In this document: positions 19,014 through 27,432 of the stretch, piece after piece | Layout of the letters: each line of letters begins with the position of its first letter | Numbering within the stretch: the first letter of the stretch is position 1 | Origin: an uncultured Geobacter sp. | Lineage (GTDB): Bacteria; Desulfobacterota; Desulfuromonadia; Geobacterales; Pseudopelobacteraceae | Assembly: GCA_964582605.1 (NCBI GenBank) | Contig: CAZOTC010000001.1 | Coordinates: 1 to 41,873, forward strand | Direction: 5' to 3' | Length of the DNA: 41,873 bases | Program-made: the position numbers and the translations under genes | The notes under the pieces: model-generated | What the model was told of the DNA's origin: nothing | What the model saw: the letters and a program-made list of their open reading frames with translations, nothing else | Database searches by the model: none

Positions 19014-19727
19014 TTAAGGGGCCACAATTGACCGGTTTCTGCCACCCATTTTGGCCTGGTGCAATGCCTGATCAGCGCGGGAGATCGCTTCAAAGATGTT
19101 CTGGTTAGGCCGATACTCACAAACGCCAAGACTGATGGTCAGCTGAATGCCGGGCCGGTTTGCCTTGAACTCGGTCATGGATACGGATTCACGGATTTTG
19201 TTGGCAACTGCCAGCGCACCATCCAGCGGGGTTTCAGGCAGTAAGACCAGAAACTCTTCGCCGCCCCAGCGGGCGCAGATATCCTCGTTACGCAGGCAGC
19301 TCTTCAAAACGCGGGATACCTCAACCAGGACATCGTCTCCGGTGTTGAAGCCATGGGTGTCATTGACATTCTTAAAGTAATCAAGGTCTGCCATGATAAT
19401 TGAGGCTGAGCGCTGATGACGGTGGGCACGACTGAACTCCTGTTCAATCATCTCCATGATGCCGCGACGATTGGTCAGGCCGGTCATCGGGTCGATTCTG
19501 GTGGCAAGGTCAAGGGAGCGGTTCATGTTGGCCAGCTGGGTCTGCAGCTGGGCTTTCTCCTTGATCAGACGCTCGGTGCGTTGCGCCAGGGTCCTATACT
19601 GCTCATGCAGTTGTTGCAGTTCCGGCAGAAGCGGGTTGTCTTTGAAACGAACATCTGCCATAAGGTGCTGATAACGATCTGACTCAACAGTTTCAAGGCG
19701 TTGGATGAAATCTTGGTCTGTTGCCAT
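19014..19727 (-). CDS. Diguanylate cyclase (coiled coil + GGEEF), SiaD-like
   Basis: DPMTGLTNRR, DLDYFKNVND, RNED I-site, RWGGEEF. Confidence 0.92.
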   Translation of the reverse strand: MATDQDFIQRLETVESDRYQHLMADVRFKDNPLLPELQQLHEQYRTLAQRTERLIKEKAQLQTQLANMNRSLDLATRIDPMTGLTNRRGIMEMIEQEFSRAHRHQRSASIIMADLDYFKNVNDTHGFNTGDDVLVEVSRVLKSCLRNEDICARWGGEEFLVLLPETPLDGALAVANKIRESVSMTEFKANRPGIQLTISLGVCEYRPNQNIFEAISRADQALHQAKMGGRNRSIVAP

Positions 19728-19853
19728 GCTGCAGACTCCTTTGGCTGTCCGGAACGGAACGAAATGCAGTCATTGTAACGAGATTCCTGAATAATTCAAT
19801 GAAAACCGGTCTGCTGATGCCGGTTTTACAAAGGTTGGAATGGTAACCGCAAA

Positions 19854-20204
19854 ATGATACTGAGTGGAGATGTCACAGGGCTGTTGCCGGATGCGGGGAG
19901 TGCCGAGATTTTCGAGACGCTGCTTGAACGTGACAGCGTACGGATAGAGCGGATTATCTCGAAAGGCCAGGTAACCCCGGTTGGTGAATGGTATGATCAA
20001 TCCTGGAATGAATGGGTGTTGCTGCTGCAAGGGGAGGCGTTACTCCTTCTTGAAGGAGAGGCAGAACCCCGCAGGATGGCTTCAGGACAATGGATTATGC
20101 TGCCGGCTCGCTGTCGTCACCGGGTCGAATGGACCATGCCTGGGCAGGAGACGGTCTGGCTTGCCCTGCACTGGCCGATAGACAAGGAAAGGGAGGAGAC
20201 ATAA
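19854..20204 (+). CDS. Cupin domain protein
   Basis: VRIERIISKGQ, WYDQ..EWVLLLQG, HRVEWT. Confidence 0.85.
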   Translation: MILSGDVTGLLPDAGSAEIFETLLERDSVRIERIISKGQVTPVGEWYDQSWNEWVLLLQGEALLLLEGEAEPRRMASGQWIMLPARCRHRVEWTMPGQETVWLALHWPIDKEREET

Positions 20205-20644
20205 TGGAGTATCGTGTAGGCAGGCCAGGCAGGGTTATCATAGCCCGCTTTTCCGACGGGGAAGATCTGCTGGCCGGTTTGGCCGATATTGTGCGGAGGG
20301 AACAGATCAAGGTCGCGGCTTTTTCAGTGGTGGGCGGGATGAAGGGCGGTCACTATGTAGTGGGTCCTGAGGGGGATGAAATGCCGCCACGACCGGTTTG
20401 GCGACAGCTCTCCGAGAACCATGAAGCGGTCGGCTTCGGGACCGTTTTCTGGCAGGATGACCTGCCAAAGGTTCATTTTCACGGGGCATACGGCCGAGGT
20501 GACAGCGTAAAGGCCGGCTGCATGCGCGAGGGTAGTGAGGTTTTTCTGGTTCTTGAGGTGATCATAACCGAGTTGCTTGATATGGATGCGGTGCGTGAGT
20601 TTGATCCTGCTTCCGGTTTTTCCTTGCTGCAGTTCAGAAAATAA
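20204..20644 (+). CDS. PPC / DUF296 domain protein
   Basis: GEDLL, PKVHFHGAYG, VLEV; TAATG overlap and GGAGG RBS. Confidence 0.85.
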   Translation: MEYRVGRPGRVIIARFSDGEDLLAGLADIVRREQIKVAAFSVVGGMKGGHYVVGPEGDEMPPRPVWRQLSENHEAVGFGTVFWQDDLPKVHFHGAYGRGDSVKAGCMREGSEVFLVLEVIITELLDMDAVREFDPASGFSLLQFRK

Positions 20645-20654
20645 AGGGGGGACT

Positions 20655-20930
20655 ATGTTGCCGGTTATGGTAGAGCAGGGGCCGGATCGTACGCGGCTGG
20701 AACAGTTGGGGGTGTTCTCCTGGCCCGTCTGGAGCTGTGAAGTGTCGGAGTTTCCCTGGACCTATGACCAGAGGGAAATCTGCTACATTCTGGAAGGCGA
20801 GGTGATCGTGACACCTGAAGAGGGAGCACCGATAGAGCTCTCTTCCGGTGATCTGGTGGTGTTTCCGACCGGCATGCGCTGTCGATGGGATGTCGTAAAG
20901 CCGGTTCGCAAGCATTACCGGTTTGGTTAA
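20655..20930 (+). CDS. Cupin_3 (DUF861) protein
   Basis: WPVWSCEVSEFPWTY, CYILEGEV, GDLVVFP.G, VRKHY. Confidence 0.88.
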   Translation: MLPVMVEQGPDRTRLEQLGVFSWPVWSCEVSEFPWTYDQREICYILEGEVIVTPEEGAPIELSSGDLVVFPTGMRCRWDVVKPVRKHYRFG

Positions 20931-20933
20931 CCG

Positions 20934-21755
20934 ATGCCTTCCTTGGCTCGTGTGCTGGTGCTGGTTGCCGTGGTGTATGGCGGATATGCATTGCTTATGG
21001 CGCTTTTTCAGCGTCACCTGATCTACCCCGGTCGTAATCTGGTGCCTGCCGCAATTCCGTCCGGCATCGCAGCAGGGGCAGAGCAGTTCTGGATCATTAC
21101 CCCGTTCGGCAAGGTTGAGGGGCGCTTTATTCCTGCCCGTAAGAGCGGTCCACAACCTGCTGTGATCTTTTTTCACGGAAACGCTGAATTGATTGACGAG
21201 CTGAGCCCTGAGCTGGACCATCTGCGACGGATCGGCTGCAGTGTGCTGTTGGTGGAGTATCCCGGTTATGGACGCTCGTCCGGTCGTCCCCATCAGCGCA
21301 GTCTGAATGAAACCGCGCTGGCAGCCTATGATATGCTGGTGCAGCGGACGGAGGTTGACCCGACACGGATAATCTCCTTCGGCTACTCTCTTGGAGCCGG
21401 ACCGGCGGTGAGCCTGGCTGTCAAACGCCCCATACGGGCGTTGGTGCTGGCTGCTCCGCCGGCATCGCTCAGACCGTTTGTCCATAAACGCCTGCTGCCT
21501 TCGCTGTTGCTGCATGATACCTATGATAACGCCGAGCTGGTCGGCGCCTACGAAGGGCCGACGCTGGTGCTGCACGGTAGAGATGATGCGGTCATGCCGT
21601 TTACACACGGCCAGCAGGTGGCTGCTGCAGCCCGACATGGACAGCTGGTTGCGCTCCATGCTGACCATGCAGATCTTTTGAGTACGCCAGCGTTTTGGGA
21701 TGCGGTGGGGGCATTTCTGGTCAGACACACACGTATCACCACGCCTGCACCCTGA
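20934..21755 (+). CDS. Alpha/beta hydrolase (Bem46/ABHD-like), N-terminal TM
   Basis: FFHGNAE, EYPGYG, GYSLG, LHGRDD. Confidence 0.9.
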   Translation: MPSLARVLVLVAVVYGGYALLMALFQRHLIYPGRNLVPAAIPSGIAAGAEQFWIITPFGKVEGRFIPARKSGPQPAVIFFHGNAELIDELSPELDHLRRIGCSVLLVEYPGYGRSSGRPHQRSLNETALAAYDMLVQRTEVDPTRIISFGYSLGAGPAVSLAVKRPIRALVLAAPPASLRPFVHKRLLPSLLLHDTYDNAELVGAYEGPTLVLHGRDDAVMPFTHGQQVAAAARHGQLVALHADHADLLSTPAFWDAVGAFLVRHTRITTPAP

Positions 21756-21863
21756 CGGCTGCAGGCTCTGAGGACGTTCCAGATCCGGTCAGTTGCTAAC
21801 TTGTAAATGGGTGCTATAGTTTACGCACACGTTGAAGAACCGTTTTCCATCAGGAGTGAAACC

Positions 21864-22757
21864 ATGCAGAATTTCAGCGATGAACAGCTTGTCGATGAAC
21901 TGAAGTTCCGACTTGAACAGAGTCGCAGGTCGCTTCACGATCTGTCGGTGCTGAACCGGAAGCTGGTTGAAATGAATCGTAAGCTGGAAGAGTCGGAAGC
22001 ACTTAAGACGAACTTTCTTTCCAATATACGGAATGAGATCAACAACCCGCTTAACTCGATTATCGGACTGGCCTCCCAATTGGCAGAGATCGTCAGAAAG
22101 CCTGAAGTGAGTGAGCTGGTCAACATGATCTTCTCCGAGGCGTTCAACCTCGATTTCCAGCTGCGTAACATCTTTATCGCTGCTGAGCTGGAGGCAGGTG
22201 AAGCGGTTCCGAACATTGAACATGTGGAGGTGCTTTCGGTGGTGCTGGGAGTGTTGGAGAATTTTAGTGCCCATGCTGCCGACAGGCAGGTCTCGTTGCG
22301 CCTCAGTTCTGGAGATGATGAACAGATAGAAAAGGACTTCTTTCCGACCGACGCTCAAAAACTACAGGTTATTGTTGCCAACCTGGTTGCGAATGCAATT
22401 GAGTACAGCAGCCCCGGCAGCGAAGTGGTGCTGGTGGTGGAACAAACCGACAGCGCTTTACAGATTCAGGTGCAGGACCAGGGAATCGGTATTGCAGAGT
22501 CAGATCTGAAGAGGATCTTCGACCGCTTTGTACAGCTGGATACCGGACCGACCCGCGCTCATCTGGGGCACGGCCTCGGCTTAAGCGTCGTAAAGTCGCT
22601 GCTTGATCTGATGCAGGGCGAGATTCAGGTGAACAGTACTCCCGGTGTCGGATCGCTTTTCGTGGTTACGATCCCGGCTGTGGCCTACGATACAGACGGG
22701 ATGACCTTTGCAGAAGGCGGCAACCTGTTTATTTTTGATCAGATGGACGAGAAATAA
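21864..22757 (+). CDS. Sensor-less histidine-kinase-like protein with Asn at the phospho-His position
   Basis: FLSNIRNEINNPL H-box, NLVANA, DQGIGI, IFDRF, GHGLGL; AGGAG RBS before ATG 21864. Confidence 0.88.
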   Translation: MQNFSDEQLVDELKFRLEQSRRSLHDLSVLNRKLVEMNRKLEESEALKTNFLSNIRNEINNPLNSIIGLASQLAEIVRKPEVSELVNMIFSEAFNLDFQLRNIFIAAELEAGEAVPNIEHVEVLSVVLGVLENFSAHAADRQVSLRLSSGDDEQIEKDFFPTDAQKLQVIVANLVANAIEYSSPGSEVVLVVEQTDSALQIQVQDQGIGIAESDLKRIFDRFVQLDTGPTRAHLGHGLGLSVVKSLLDLMQGEIQVNSTPGVGSLFVVTIPAVAYDTDGMTFAEGGNLFIFDQMDEK

Positions 22758-22758
22758 C

Positions 22759-23241
22759 GTGGCAGGAGCTGAGGGCTCAAGCATACGCAAGCATTTCCTG
22801 TTTCCCGGTATGACCCATGTGGATGCCGAAGAATGTGAGATCACAACGGTACTGGGGTCATGTGTGGCTGTCTGCCTCTGGGACCAGCGTCATGGCGGCG
22901 GAGGTATGAATCACTTCATGCTGCCGCTCTGGAACGGTGAGGGACTGGCAACCCCCAAATATGGCAACATTGCCATGGAGCGACTGCTGTCGCATGTGCT
23001 GGCACTTGGGATCAGGAAAGAAAATCTGGTGGCAAAAGTGTTTGGCGGCGCGCATCTTCTGTCTACCAGCAGCGCTGCCTGTCCGATTGGCGCCCGCAAT
23101 ATCGAGCTGGCCCTGAACCAGCTTGAAGAATGGCGGATAAAGGTGGCTGCCTCTGATCTGGGAGGGCGTTACGGCCGCAAGGTGATTATGAATACCATGA
23201 CCGGCGTGATCCTGCTGGGGCGCGGAAAAGAGCAGAATTAA
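22759..23241 (+). CDS. cheD: Chemoreceptor glutamine deamidase CheD
   Basis: TTVLGSCVAVCL, GGMNHFMLP, KVFGGA, SDLGG..GRK; GTG start inferred. Confidence 0.92.
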   Translation: MAGAEGSSIRKHFLFPGMTHVDAEECEITTVLGSCVAVCLWDQRHGGGGMNHFMLPLWNGEGLATPKYGNIAMERLLSHVLALGIRKENLVAKVFGGAHLLSTSSAACPIGARNIELALNQLEEWRIKVAASDLGGRYGRKVIMNTMTGVILLGRGKEQN

Positions 23242-23261
23242 GCGTCGTAAGGATATGGTGT

Positions 23262-23290
23262 TTGACATTCAGTGGCGCTTTTTCTAGTAT
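23262..23290 (+). promoter_or_regulatory. Sigma70 promoter for the HDOD/GGDEF operon
   Basis: TTGACA-17-TAGTAT. Confidence 0.65.
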
Positions 23291-23318
23291 CTGAAAGATT
23301 TCAGCAGCATGTAGGGGA

Positions 23319-23669
23319 ATGGTAACGACTATGCAGAAGATACCGCTTAATCTGGCGGCTGCCGAAATGGTGCTGGCCCGAGATATTTTCAAGAATGACA
23401 GTCCTACCGGCATGCCGATCTGCGGCAAGGGAACGGTTCTGACCAGCAGCCTGATCAGCCGTTTGCAGCAGATGGGAGTCCAGTCTCTCTATGTGGAAGG
23501 GCATCCGGTGCACCAGGAGGGGGACCGTGGTCTTGAGGAACAGTTGGCTGACCTTGACAAGCGGTTTTCAAAAACCATGGGCAACCGCTATAACCTGATA
23601 CTTTTGGAAATCTATCGTAACCAGATCAGAACGGCAATGGGGGACAACGGTGGACGAACGGAGGAGTGA
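23319..23669 (+). CDS. Small hypothetical protein resembling the N-terminal domain of HD-GYP proteins
   Basis: MVLARDI..G..L..LISRLQQMGVQSLYVEG; overlaps the HDOD start. Confidence 0.7.
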   Translation: MVTTMQKIPLNLAAAEMVLARDIFKNDSPTGMPICGKGTVLTSSLISRLQQMGVQSLYVEGHPVHQEGDRGLEEQLADLDKRFSKTMGNRYNLILLEIYRNQIRTAMGDNGGRTEE

Positions 23670-24507
23670 GCTCAAAAAAATAATTATGGACACCAAGACG
23701 CTGCCGACGCTGCCCGGTGTCATTAACAAGCTGAACTCCCTTTCGAACGATGACAAATCGTCGGTTCAGGAGATGGCACGTATTGTTTCTGCTGATCAGG
23801 TGCTTTCAGCCCGTATTCTCAGGTTGGCCAACTCTCCCTCCTACGGCTTTTACCGGGTTTCAACCATTTCAAACGCCATGATCCTGCTTGGGGTCAATGT
23901 AGTCAAATCACTGGCACTGTCGTCATCAATTTTTGAAATCATGGAAAAAAACAGTGTCGGTCTCTGGGAACACTCCCTGGGCACCGCCACTGCCGCCGGG
24001 ATTATTGCCCGCAAGCTGGCATTGCCGGAAGTGGAAGAGATTACGACAGCCGGTCTGCTGCATGATATCGGTAAGGTCATCATCGGACTCAAGTGTGCCG
24101 AACAGCTTCCGGAGATACGTCGCAAGATCAAGCTGGATCAGCTCTACATCAGTGAAGCAGAGAAGGCTGTGCTGGATACTGACCATGCAGAAGTGGGTGG
24201 TTGGCTTTCTAAAAGCTGGTTCCTGCCTGACAAACTTTCCGAGCCGATCGCCTATCATCATAATGTCGGCGCATCTGATGACCACCGGATAAAGACCTCG
24301 GTAGTGCATCTGGCTGACATCCTGATCAAGGCCAGTGGTTTTGGCGACAGTGGCGATCTCTATGTGCCGGCGGTGCAGCAGGTGGCTTGGGATGCCCTCA
24401 AGCTGAATGAGCTCCTGATGGCTGAGATCGTAGCCGAGCTTGAGGACAAGCTGGTTGAAGTCAAAAACTTCAGTCTCGAGTTACAGGTTGCCGATGCAGC
24501 ATTCTAG
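23650..24507 (+). CDS. HDOD domain protein
   Basis: LPTLP, DQVLSARILRLANS, WEHS, AGLLHDIGK, HAEVG, W.LP..I.YHH. Confidence 0.93.
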   Translation: MDERRSELKKIIMDTKTLPTLPGVINKLNSLSNDDKSSVQEMARIVSADQVLSARILRLANSPSYGFYRVSTISNAMILLGVNVVKSLALSSSIFEIMEKNSVGLWEHSLGTATAAGIIARKLALPEVEEITTAGLLHDIGKVIIGLKCAEQLPEIRRKIKLDQLYISEAEKAVLDTDHAEVGGWLSKSWFLPDKLSEPIAYHHNVGASDDHRIKTSVVHLADILIKASGFGDSGDLYVPAVQQVAWDALKLNELLMAEIVAELEDKLVEVKNFSLELQVADAAF

Positions 24508-25423
24508 GATATCGATCATCTGCACGCAACCCCAGCTTTCATTGCTCTTGCAGCTACGGCTGCAGAGCAAGGGGTATCAGGTCATGGTGGTTGAAAAAAC
24601 AGCGGCTGCCCTGGGGATGTTTTATTCTGACCCGCCTGATCTGATTATTGTAGATTTTTCATCTCCCTGTGTCGGCTGCCATGATGTGTTGTTTATGCTG
24701 CGTGGAGACAGCTTTTTCAGCCCGATTCCGATTATCGGCATCTTTCCCGCCTCAACAGAGCAGGACTCATGGGATGATTTTCCGCTGGATGACTTTGTGG
24801 TCACACCGGTAAATTTTGCTGAACTGGTCAGCCGGATCACTCTGGCACAGTCACGGATCAAGAGAATATTTGACAATAACCCCCTGACCCGGTTGCCGGG
24901 CAATACCTCTATCCATCGTGCCATTGAAGAATCACTCGGCCTGCCGCTGGCTGTCTGCTACGTGGATATTAATCACTTTAAACCCTACAATGATGTGTAC
25001 GGTTTTTCCCATGGTGATGAGGTGATCCGGATGTTGGCACGGATCATGTCAAATGATGTCCGTGAATCAGGCGGCGGCTTTTGCGGTCATGTGGGAGGCG
25101 ATGACTTCGTCTTTATTGCGCCGCGCGAGCGGGCAGAGCAGGTTTGCGCAACGATTATCAGCCATTTTGATCAGATTGTGCAGACTCTTTTTGATGAAGA
25201 AACCAAGCAGCAGGGGTATTATCAGGCCGTGAATCGCAAGGGTGAAAAAGAACAGATGCCTATTCTGGGGATTTCTATCGCTGTTGTACCGATGGATTCG
25301 CCTGCCATTACCCATGCGGCCCGAGTGGCAGAAGTTGCGGCAGAGCTGAAAAAGCTGGCAAAAGGGAATAAGGGAAGTAGTTTTGTTATTGACCGACGTT
25401 CAAATCTGCATGAAGCAGATTGA
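24494..25423 (+). CDS. Atypical receiver domain + GGDEF (GGDDF) protein
   Basis: PDLIIVD, NPLTRLPGN, DINHFKPYND.YGF..GD, HVGGDDF. Confidence 0.88.
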   Translation: MQHSRISIICTQPQLSLLLQLRLQSKGYQVMVVEKTAAALGMFYSDPPDLIIVDFSSPCVGCHDVLFMLRGDSFFSPIPIIGIFPASTEQDSWDDFPLDDFVVTPVNFAELVSRITLAQSRIKRIFDNNPLTRLPGNTSIHRAIEESLGLPLAVCYVDINHFKPYNDVYGFSHGDEVIRMLARIMSNDVRESGGGFCGHVGGDDFVFIAPRERAEQVCATIISHFDQIVQTLFDEETKQQGYYQAVNRKGEKEQMPILGISIAVVPMDSPAITHAARVAEVAAELKKLAKGNKGSSFVIDRRSNLHEAD

Positions 25424-25440
25424 GTGTCACACGATCTCAG

Positions 25441-25536
25441 TTCGATTCCAAATCTAAGGCAGCGAAAACGTGCAGCGTAGTGCGTTGAAGAGCCTCAGAC
25501 GCACCAGTCAAGAGAACGCCATGAGTTGGAATTGGA
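25441..25536. repeat. Imperfect nested palindrome (REP/MITE-like element or structured RNA)
   Basis: Outer arms ATTCCAAATCTAAGGC / GCCATGAGTTGGAAT; inner hairpin GTGCGTTGA..TCAGACGCAC. Confidence 0.45.
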
Positions 25537-25562
25537 TAAATACAACCGGGGAGAATGTTTGA

Positions 25563-26147
25563 ATGCCAAGATTGTTACTTGTGTCAGCAGCTCTGCTGCT
25601 CCTGATGTTTGTGGCCGGGTGTGGATCAACCCACACTCCGGGTACGCCAACCGGTTTGACGGTTACCTCCACTGAACCGATTACCTTGAGCTGGACCGCC
25701 TCTCCTGGTGCGTCAAGCTATATAGTCTATCGAGGAGCCGCACCCGGTATTTCGACAAAAATGTTCCTGCAGGGAGGGATTAGCACCACAAGTTATGCCG
25801 ATTCAACCGCCATTGCCGGTACCACCTACTACTATCAGATTACTGCCTACAGCTCTGACGGCCAGTCAACACCGTCAGCTGATGTCTCTGCCACCGGCAC
25901 CTTTACGCTTACGGCTGCTTCAGGAACGTTAAACTGGAACAGCGTGCTGAATACTGCCGGTTATACGGTGTATCGCAGCACCTCTTCCGATCTTTCAGGA
26001 AAAACAGCAGTGGCAACCGGCCTGACGGTTGCCACCTATACGGACACAACCGGAGTGAAGGGAACCCCGTACTACTATCAAGTTGCAGCTGTTGATGCCA
26101 ATGCTGCAGAGTTTGTTGTTTCCAACATTGTTACCGTGACGTACTGA
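25563..26147 (+). CDS. Lipoprotein with two fibronectin type III domains
   Basis: Lipobox VAG-C; LSW..Y.VYR..Y.D..YYYQ(I/V) pattern twice. Confidence 0.88.
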   Translation: MPRLLLVSAALLLLMFVAGCGSTHTPGTPTGLTVTSTEPITLSWTASPGASSYIVYRGAAPGISTKMFLQGGISTTSYADSTAIAGTTYYYQITAYSSDGQSTPSADVSATGTFTLTAASGTLNWNSVLNTAGYTVYRSTSSDLSGKTAVATGLTVATYTDTTGVKGTPYYYQVAAVDANAAEFVVSNIVTVTY

Positions 26148-26165
26148 TTATAGAGAAACGGTCTG

Positions 26166-26211
26166 AACAGAAAAGGCGCTACCCAATGCTTGGGTTAGCG
26201 CCTTTTCTGTT
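26166..26211. terminator. Bidirectional intrinsic terminator
   Basis: AACAGAAAAGGCGCTACCCAA..TTGGGTTAGCGCCTTTTCTGTT between convergent genes. Confidence 0.85.
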
Positions 26212-26232
26212 ACTGGTGTTGTGTAAGCCTGA

Positions 26233-27240
26233 CTACTGTTTCTTGTGGCATTTCGCACAGTTTGCAGTGACGGCAAAGGCTGTCTTGCCGTCATGGCAGG
26301 CACCGCATGACTTGCCCTGCTCCATCTCTTTCATGGTCACCCGCTTGCCGCCGCCATAGGGGAAGGTCTTGGTGTGGCAGTCGTTGCATTTGTAGGCTGC
26401 GGTATGGAAGTCGTGGCTGAAATAGCCGACAATGGTACCACGACTGTTTTTAAAGGTCAGGTTAGCAGGCTTGTATCCGGTGTGACACTTGTTGCAGTCA
26501 CCGCTTGAGGCAAAGGCTGTCTTGCCGTCATGGCAGCTGCCGCAGGACTTGCCTTTGGCCATGTCAGCCATGGTCGCCTTGCGGGAACCCTGGCGGTAGT
26601 CGTATTTTTTAGTGTGACAATCGCCGCATTTATAGGCCTGGACGTGGAAGTCATGACTGAAGACGGCGTCACTGACCGGCTTTGACTTATATTTAAGGGT
26701 TTTTGTGGCCAGTCCGCGATGGCACGAACCGCAGTTTGCGGCAACAGTAAAGGCTGTTTTACCGTTGTGGCATGAACCGCAGGACTTGCCTTTTTCCATT
26801 TCTGCCATACTGACACCACGACGGATCGGCCCGCCCTTGTGGCAGCTCTTGCAGCCGAATCCCTTGCCGTTCACGTGTGAGTCATGGCTGAACATGGCGT
26901 TGCCGGCCGGAATCCGGTAGGTGATTGCTGTCGGCGTACCGCGGTGACACTTGCTGCAGTCTTTTTCAGTGGCAACACTGAATGCCTTTTTGCCGTTGTG
27001 GCAGGCACCGCAGGAGAGCCCTTTTTCCATTTCAGCCATGCTGAACGAGCGTTTTTTTGCCAGATTGAAAATAGCGCTGTGGCAAGCCTTGCAATCCTTG
27101 TTTTTTGCAAGGTGCGTGTCATGACTGAAGACAACAGCCGAAGCATTTTTGAAGCTGAATCTGATGTCCTTGGCTTGTACGGGAACCGTCATCAGCATGA
27201 CAATAACCGCCACAAAGAAGGTAATAATCCGACCGTTCAT
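26233..27240 (-). CDS. Periplasmic dodecaheme cytochrome c, four tandem c7-type domains (GSU1996-like)
   Basis: Signal peptide; 12 CxxCH motifs counted; four repeats of FSH..H..C..CH..M..M..G.SCG.CH.GK.AF..C..CH. Confidence 0.95.
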   Translation of the reverse strand: MNGRIITFFVAVIVMLMTVPVQAKDIRFSFKNASAVVFSHDTHLAKNKDCKACHSAIFNLAKKRSFSMAEMEKGLSCGACHNGKKAFSVATEKDCSKCHRGTPTAITYRIPAGNAMFSHDSHVNGKGFGCKSCHKGGPIRRGVSMAEMEKGKSCGSCHNGKTAFTVAANCGSCHRGLATKTLKYKSKPVSDAVFSHDFHVQAYKCGDCHTKKYDYRQGSRKATMADMAKGKSCGSCHDGKTAFASSGDCNKCHTGYKPANLTFKNSRGTIVGYFSHDFHTAAYKCNDCHTKTFPYGGGKRVTMKEMEQGKSCGACHDGKTAFAVTANCAKCHKKQ

Positions 27241-27278
27241 CCCACTCCCCCTTGAAGCTGATAAATTTAAAGCGCCTT

Positions 27279-27307
27279 ACTTTAAGAGCGACAGGAACGA
27301 TTGTCAA
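27279..27307 (-). promoter_or_regulatory. Sigma70 promoter of the cytochrome gene
   Basis: TTGACA-17-TAAAGT. Confidence 0.65.
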
Positions 27308-27314
27308 TTGATAA

Positions 27315-27324
27315 TTGTATACAA
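27315..27324. promoter_or_regulatory. Palindromic operator candidate TTGTATACAA
   Basis: Perfect 10-bp palindrome between divergent promoters. Confidence 0.5.
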
Positions 27325-27432
27325 CTGCTATACACCCCAAAACGGTTTGGCGGCATGGAATTGAATGCGGTTGCGAGGGGGTAGCAGCTGTGGTATAGAA
27401 GCATTTATTTTGTAAACAAGGGATGGAGATGC

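Noticed and set aside
20634-21728. 364-aa minus-strand ORF
   Set aside because: Antisense shadow of the cupin and hydrolase genes, with no recognisable motifs.
19014-25423. Hypr (cGAMP-making) GGDEF enzymes
   Set aside because: Both GGDEF domains keep the guanine-specifying Asp (NTGD, SHGD) rather than Ser/Thr.
25424-25562. GEMM c-di-GMP/cGAMP riboswitch upstream of the FN3 or cytochrome genes
   Set aside because: No GEMM-like P1/P2 consensus was recognisable by eye; Infernal would settle it.
26233-27240. Periodic ~230-nt nucleotide repeats
   Set aside because: These are the four c7 domain repeats of the cytochrome.
27301-27420. BirA operator upstream of nadC-birA
   Set aside because: Only isolated half-sites (TTGTCAA, TGTAAAC), with no properly spaced inverted pair.
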